64,000 nucleotides of DNA from Bdellovibrio sp. (GTDB lineage Bacteria > Bdellovibrionota > UBA1018): positions 7,492 through 71,491 of the forward strand of contig JACPOE010000015.1 in NCBI GenBank assembly GCA_016185105.1. Direction: 5' to 3'. The position numbers and the translations under genes were made by a program. Position 1 is the first letter of the stretch. The number at the start of each line of letters is the position of its first letter. Below the pieces are notes generated by a model. That model made no database searches and was not told the origin of the DNA. It worked only from the letters and a program-made list of their open reading frames with translations. Shown piece by piece: positions 60,634 through 64,000 of this stretch.

Positions 60634-61476
60634 ATGAGTATCTTCAATAGTTTAATTCGACTACTTTCTGTTTTTTTTCTTACCTGTTTTTCGTTTAGCC
60701 TAGCCTTGGCGTCAGATTTTCACTCCCCACGAACTGAAGCCTTAGGTGGAGCGGGACATGCTGGGTCCCTGTTAAGTGATGCGATTTACTTAAATCCCGC
60801 CGCAGGGTCTTATATTAAGTCCCACAGCCTCAGCGTAAACTATCAGGCCGATAGCGGAAATGGACACATTTTTAATGCTTCCGTACTGGACGGGACCGAA
60901 GAGTCTCTTTTTCAAGCGGGCCTGTCATACACAAGTCGAGTAGATGCGAACCTAATTCACGTCGGAGCCAGTAAGTCGATCTTGTCAAAAATGGGAATCG
61001 GCATTGGGGGCAAATTTATTTTCCCTAACGACAATTCAGGACAAAGAGTTGGCGATGCTACTTTTTCTGCAATCGGTATCTTTGCGAAATGGTTTCAAGC
61101 TTCGTTGGTCATCGACAACATAATGGAGACCGCATCCGGTCGAGGTTTTCTTAGAGAGTACATTATAGGAACCAAAATCAATGTCGACCAAATCATTCTT
61201 GTTTATATCGACCCCCACTATGTGCCTTCTCTCCAGAATGGCCAAAATCAGTTTGGGATAGAGGCCGGAATCGAGTTTCCGTTCTTTACTGACGTCTTCT
61301 TAAGAATGGGTACATTCACCAGCTCGATGATTCCCTACCAAAACCAGCGGGGCGACGGCTATGGGATTGGACTAGGATGGTTGGCTCCAAAAATTTCGTT
61401 GGACTATTCTTTTTCTAGAGTAATCGGTCCGACCTCCTCTTTAGCTCACACTTTTGGTATGACTATCTACTTCTAA
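60634..61476 (+). CDS. putative outer-membrane beta-barrel protein
   Basis: 280 aa with a signal peptide (FFLTCFSFSLALA), alternating beta-strand-like pattern, an N-terminal RTEALGGAGHAGSL..DAIYLNPAA motif seen in several OMP families, and a C-terminal aromatic residue (...GMTIYF). Confidence 0.6.
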   Translation: MSIFNSLIRLLSVFFLTCFSFSLALASDFHSPRTEALGGAGHAGSLLSDAIYLNPAAGSYIKSHSLSVNYQADSGNGHIFNASVLDGTEESLFQAGLSYTSRVDANLIHVGASKSILSKMGIGIGGKFIFPNDNSGQRVGDATFSAIGIFAKWFQASLVIDNIMETASGRGFLREYIIGTKINVDQIILVYIDPHYVPSLQNGQNQFGIEAGIEFPFFTDVFLRMGTFTSSMIPYQNQRGDGYGIGLGWLAPKISLDYSFSRVIGPTSSLAHTFGMTIYF

Positions 61477-61492
61477 CGTTGAGGAGCGATTT

Positions 61493-62512
61493 ATGAGAAA
61501 AAGTTCAGTTGGTTTACATCGAATGGTTTGCCTTGGTTTGATTTCGCTAGTCTTGCTCGGCTCTTCTCTGGCCGAAGCTCGAATTGGTGGCGGACGATCT
61601 TTTGGAAGCAGAGGGTCGCGTGGCTTTAGCGCTCCGTCCTATTCAAGAGGGTCTACATACTCGCGCCCTGCGCCCTCCTACGGAAATAGTTCTTCTCGTC
61701 CTTATACACCCCCACCACCAGCGACTCCCAGTTACCCGAATAGCCGGCCCTCTTTCCTCAAGTCTTTGGGTGCCGGAATTGCGGGCGGATTTTTAGGAAG
61801 CATGCTTTTTCGCTCCTTGGGCGGAGGTAGCCTTTATGCGAATACCCCGGGTGGAACGGGTGGTTTTGGCGGAGGTGGCGGGATAGGCTTTCTGGAAATC
61901 ATTTTGGTTGCCGGCATCGCATTCCTTCTGATTCGATATTTTACGTCGAAGAAGCAAGCTCCTGGAAACTCCTCCTGGAACAATAACGAACCCCGCGGCG
62001 AAGACCCAAACATCGGAAGTTCGAATGCCGAAACAGGAGCCGAAGCCCTGATGAGGCAAGCAAAGCCTTACGGATATAGTGCCGCGCAAGCATCTGGGCC
62101 GGTTGAAGTTCCTTCAGCTCAACTCGATCCTGAGTCCGCTTCCGACCTATTTTTTAAAATTCAAGCGGCCTGGGGCAATCGAGATTTAGGTCCCGTTTCT
62201 TCAATATTAGATGATGACGCGAAAAACTTTCTTGATCAGCAAATCACCGCTCTGAAAAATAATCGCCGTTTGAATCGGCTAGAAAATATTGCGGTTCGAA
62301 ATGTAGATGTAGTCGAAGAATGGAAAGAGTTTCAGAAGAATTATTCCACCGTCCGATTCGTAGCCAATGTGCTGGACTACACCATCTCCGAAGACACACA
62401 ACAAGTGATTGAGGGGAGCAAGACCGCTCCGGTGAAATTTGAGGAATATTGGACCTTTTGCAAGGAAGATGGCGGAGGAAACTGGAAGCTCTCAGCAATT
62501 CAACAGTCGTAA
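61493..62512 (+). CDS. Tim44-like domain membrane protein
   Basis: 339 aa with a signal/anchor segment, a Ser/Gly/Pro-rich region, a Gly-rich TM segment, and a C-terminal ~150 aa (FFKIQAAWGNRDL...VEEW...YWTFCKEDGGGNWKLSAIQQ) matching the Tim44-like NTF2-fold domain as I remember it. It starts 16 nt after the OMP gene. Confidence 0.65.
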   Translation: MRKSSVGLHRMVCLGLISLVLLGSSLAEARIGGGRSFGSRGSRGFSAPSYSRGSTYSRPAPSYGNSSSRPYTPPPPATPSYPNSRPSFLKSLGAGIAGGFLGSMLFRSLGGGSLYANTPGGTGGFGGGGGIGFLEIILVAGIAFLLIRYFTSKKQAPGNSSWNNNEPRGEDPNIGSSNAETGAEALMRQAKPYGYSAAQASGPVEVPSAQLDPESASDLFFKIQAAWGNRDLGPVSSILDDDAKNFLDQQITALKNNRRLNRLENIAVRNVDVVEEWKEFQKNYSTVRFVANVLDYTISEDTQQVIEGSKTAPVKFEEYWTFCKEDGGGNWKLSAIQQS

Positions 62513-63378
62513 AATACCTGCGGAGCCCCGGTGGTTGGATTCTTTCCGACTTGGAGCTTGATCTTTTCTCCGTAAAGCGATTGCAGGGCTGAACGGCTGA
62601 TCACAGAAGACGGATTGCCCTGTGCGATTTTTTTTCCATGATGGAGAAGAATGACGCTGGAAGCCCATTCCAGGGCAAAATTCAGATCATGGGAGACTAA
62701 AACTACACTCCAACCTTCTGTGGTCAGCTCCTTCAAAAGTTTTCCTACGCCTACCTGATGGTGAAGATCCATTTTTGACAGGGATTCATCCAGGAAAAGA
62801 ATTCTTACACCTTGAGCCAAAGAGCGAGCCAATGCGACTAGCTGAAGCTCGCCACCACTCAAGGTATTGAGATCCCGATTTTTTAGACTCCAGCAAAAAC
62901 ACCTTTCCATAGCCCATTTAATTTTCTGATCATCCTGCTCCCTCCCCCTATGAAATCCAAAACTCCCCAGATGCCAGGGTGTCCTACCCAGGGCCACCGC
63001 ATCTCTTGCCGTCATTGGAAATTCGGCAACCAACGTCGATCCAATGTAAGCGATACTCTTGGCTCGCTCGGCCGCTGGTAAGCTCAGAAAGTCTTGCCCT
63101 AATAATCGAACTTGCCCCGTAAAGTCTTGCGGAGGCCGGGGCAAAATTCCTGCGGCTAGCTTAAGCAGCGTAGACTTTCCGCACCCATTAGGCCCGAGAA
63201 GCGCAACCCACTCTCCGCGCCCAATTTCCAAGGAAATCTCCTCCAAAACCCAGCGACGTGCACCTGGATTCTCGACGCGGGACGAGGACCAACGGTAGCT
63301 CAAACCATATACGCCAAAAAATGGAAATTCACTGGCAGTGGAAGACTCTGAGAATAGCTCTCTTTTACTTCGCAACAT
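62500..63378 (-). CDS. ABC transporter ATP-binding protein (FepC/BtuD-like, iron-chelate/cobalamin type)
   Basis: Walker A GPNGCGKST, signature LSGGELQ and Walker B ILFLDES. I chose the ATG at 63378, preceded by GGAGGGGG. It overlaps the upstream permease stop. Confidence 0.88.
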   Translation of the reverse strand: MLRSKRELFSESSTASEFPFFGVYGLSYRWSSSRVENPGARRWVLEEISLEIGRGEWVALLGPNGCGKSTLLKLAAGILPRPPQDFTGQVRLLGQDFLSLPAAERAKSIAYIGSTLVAEFPMTARDAVALGRTPWHLGSFGFHRGREQDDQKIKWAMERCFCWSLKNRDLNTLSGGELQLVALARSLAQGVRILFLDESLSKMDLHHQVGVGKLLKELTTEGWSVVLVSHDLNFALEWASSVILLHHGKKIAQGNPSSVISRSALQSLYGEKIKLQVGKNPTTGAPQVFYDC

Positions 63379-64000
63379 GTCCCCCTCCACGAGCTACAAC
63401 AGCCAAAAACAAGGGTGCCCCGAGCAAAGCTGTCACTACTCCCACCGGAAGTTCGTACGGACGTGCTAAGTAACGAGCGCCTAAATCCGCCAAAACTAAC
63501 GCCAAGGAGCCCCAAATTGCGGCCAATGGGATCAAATGAAAATGCATGGAACCGTTGAAACGACGAATGAAATGGGGAACAACCAAACCAACAAAACCAA
63601 TCATCCCGGCAGAGCTTACACAAATACCTACTAAAACAGACGTAATTAAAACAATTCTCCTGCGGGTCCGTGGCAAATCAACTCCGATTGCGCTCGCGCC
63701 TTCTTCGCCGAGTAAAAGAGCATCCAGCTCGCGCCATTGAGACCAGATCAGACCCACTAGAATCAAAACCCAAGCTGCAATGAAAATACTGGCTCGCATT
63801 CGAGCTCTTGAAAGATCCCCAAATAACCATCCGATCGCAGCCTGCATTCCGTTGGAATCTGTTAGCGAGATCCAGAGAGCCACAATACTAGTTCCTAAGA
63901 AACCCAACATCACCCCGCTCAGCAAAAGACTCGCGTTATTAGTTCTCCGGTGAGTCGCCAGTCCGAAAAGAAAAATGGAGAAAACAGCTGCCCCCGCAAA
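63365..64000 (-). CDS. FecCD/BtuC-family ABC permease, C-terminal part only (gene continues beyond window end)
   Basis: The reading frame stays open to base 64000 (FAGAAVFSIFLFGLATHRRTNNASLLLSGVMLGFLGTS...). It is hydrophobic with typical FecCD C-terminal blocks (GMIGFVGLVVPH..R, PVGVVTALLGAPLFL). Confidence 0.85.
   Translation of the reverse strand, partial: FAGAAVFSIFLFGLATHRRTNNASLLLSGVMLGFLGTSIVALWISLTDSNGMQAAIGWLFGDLSRARMRASIFIAAWVLILVGLIWSQWRELDALLLGEEGASAIGVDLPRTRRRIVLITSVLVGICVSSAGMIGFVGLVVPHFIRRFNGSMHFHLIPLAAIWGSLALVLADLGARYLARPYELPVGVVTALLGAPLFLAVVARGGGHVAK

Noticed and set aside
63300-63623. 107 aa minus-strand ORF in an alternate frame of the permease/ATPase junction
   Set aside because: It overlaps the FecCD permease frame, which has clear family motifs. 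Its Cys/Ser/Gly-rich translation looks like a frame artefact.

Overview
This is a dense chromosomal core region of a Gram-negative bacterium, roughly 90% coding, with GC in the mid-to-high 40s % by eye. I call about 66 protein-coding genes. I recognised no rRNA, tRNA, CRISPR array, transposase, integrase or phage gene. All identifications come from reading the supplied translations and my own translations against remembered family motifs; no database search was possible.

Gene order:
- A partial GNAT-like acyltransferase and a serine-palmitoyltransferase-like alpha-oxoamine synthase sit at the left edge.
- Next come HIT, murA, prmC, prfA, DUF1385, rpmE and rho, then mltG, a GT87/DUF2029 membrane protein, ogt and an MscS-family channel.
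- dnaX is followed by a disrupted recR, mglA and a DksA/TraR zinc-finger gene, then DUF1015, phoU, an SDR and an S8 protease.
- A long minus-strand dcw (division and cell wall) cluster runs mtgA, stand-alone transpeptidase, rsmH, ftsL, ftsI, murE, mraY, murD, ftsW, murG, murC, murB, then ftsQ, ftsA, ftsZ. A plus-strand M16 peptidase pair interrupts it between murB and ftsQ.
- After that come an AMP-nucleosidase-like gene, mreB, a PilZ gene, rlmE, a RibD_C-type reductase, an Flp-like mini-pilin, a TlpA-like thioredoxin and an AUR1-like PAP2 protein.
- The right part holds hutI-hutU-hutH-rpe-fmt-def-lptF/G, lepB, priA, galU, a second DksA/TraR gene, an outer-membrane beta-barrel plus a Tim44-like protein, and an ABC ATPase with a FecCD-type permease that runs off the right edge.

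MglA without MglB, a PASTA-bearing FtsI and an Spt-like enzyme suggest a Bdellovibrionota or 'delta-proteobacterial' type organism. That is inference only.

Most notable observations:
- FtsA lacks about 90 residues, including subdomain 1C.
- recR is clearly disrupted, and murG may be frameshifted at a homopolymer.
- dnaX carries an E. coli-type A_AAA_AAG slippery heptamer with an immediate -1 frame stop at the domain III/linker boundary.
- mglA is translationally coupled to a DksA/TraR gene.
- The dcw cluster is headed by mtgA plus a stand-alone transpeptidase instead of mraZ, and it lacks murF and ddl.
- mreB is followed by a PilZ gene instead of mreCD.
- An Spt-like/GNAT-like pair and an AUR1-like PAP2 protein hint at sphingolipid chemistry.

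I did not find a self-contained novel multi-gene system such as a defence island. The window looks like housekeeping genome with several unusual details.
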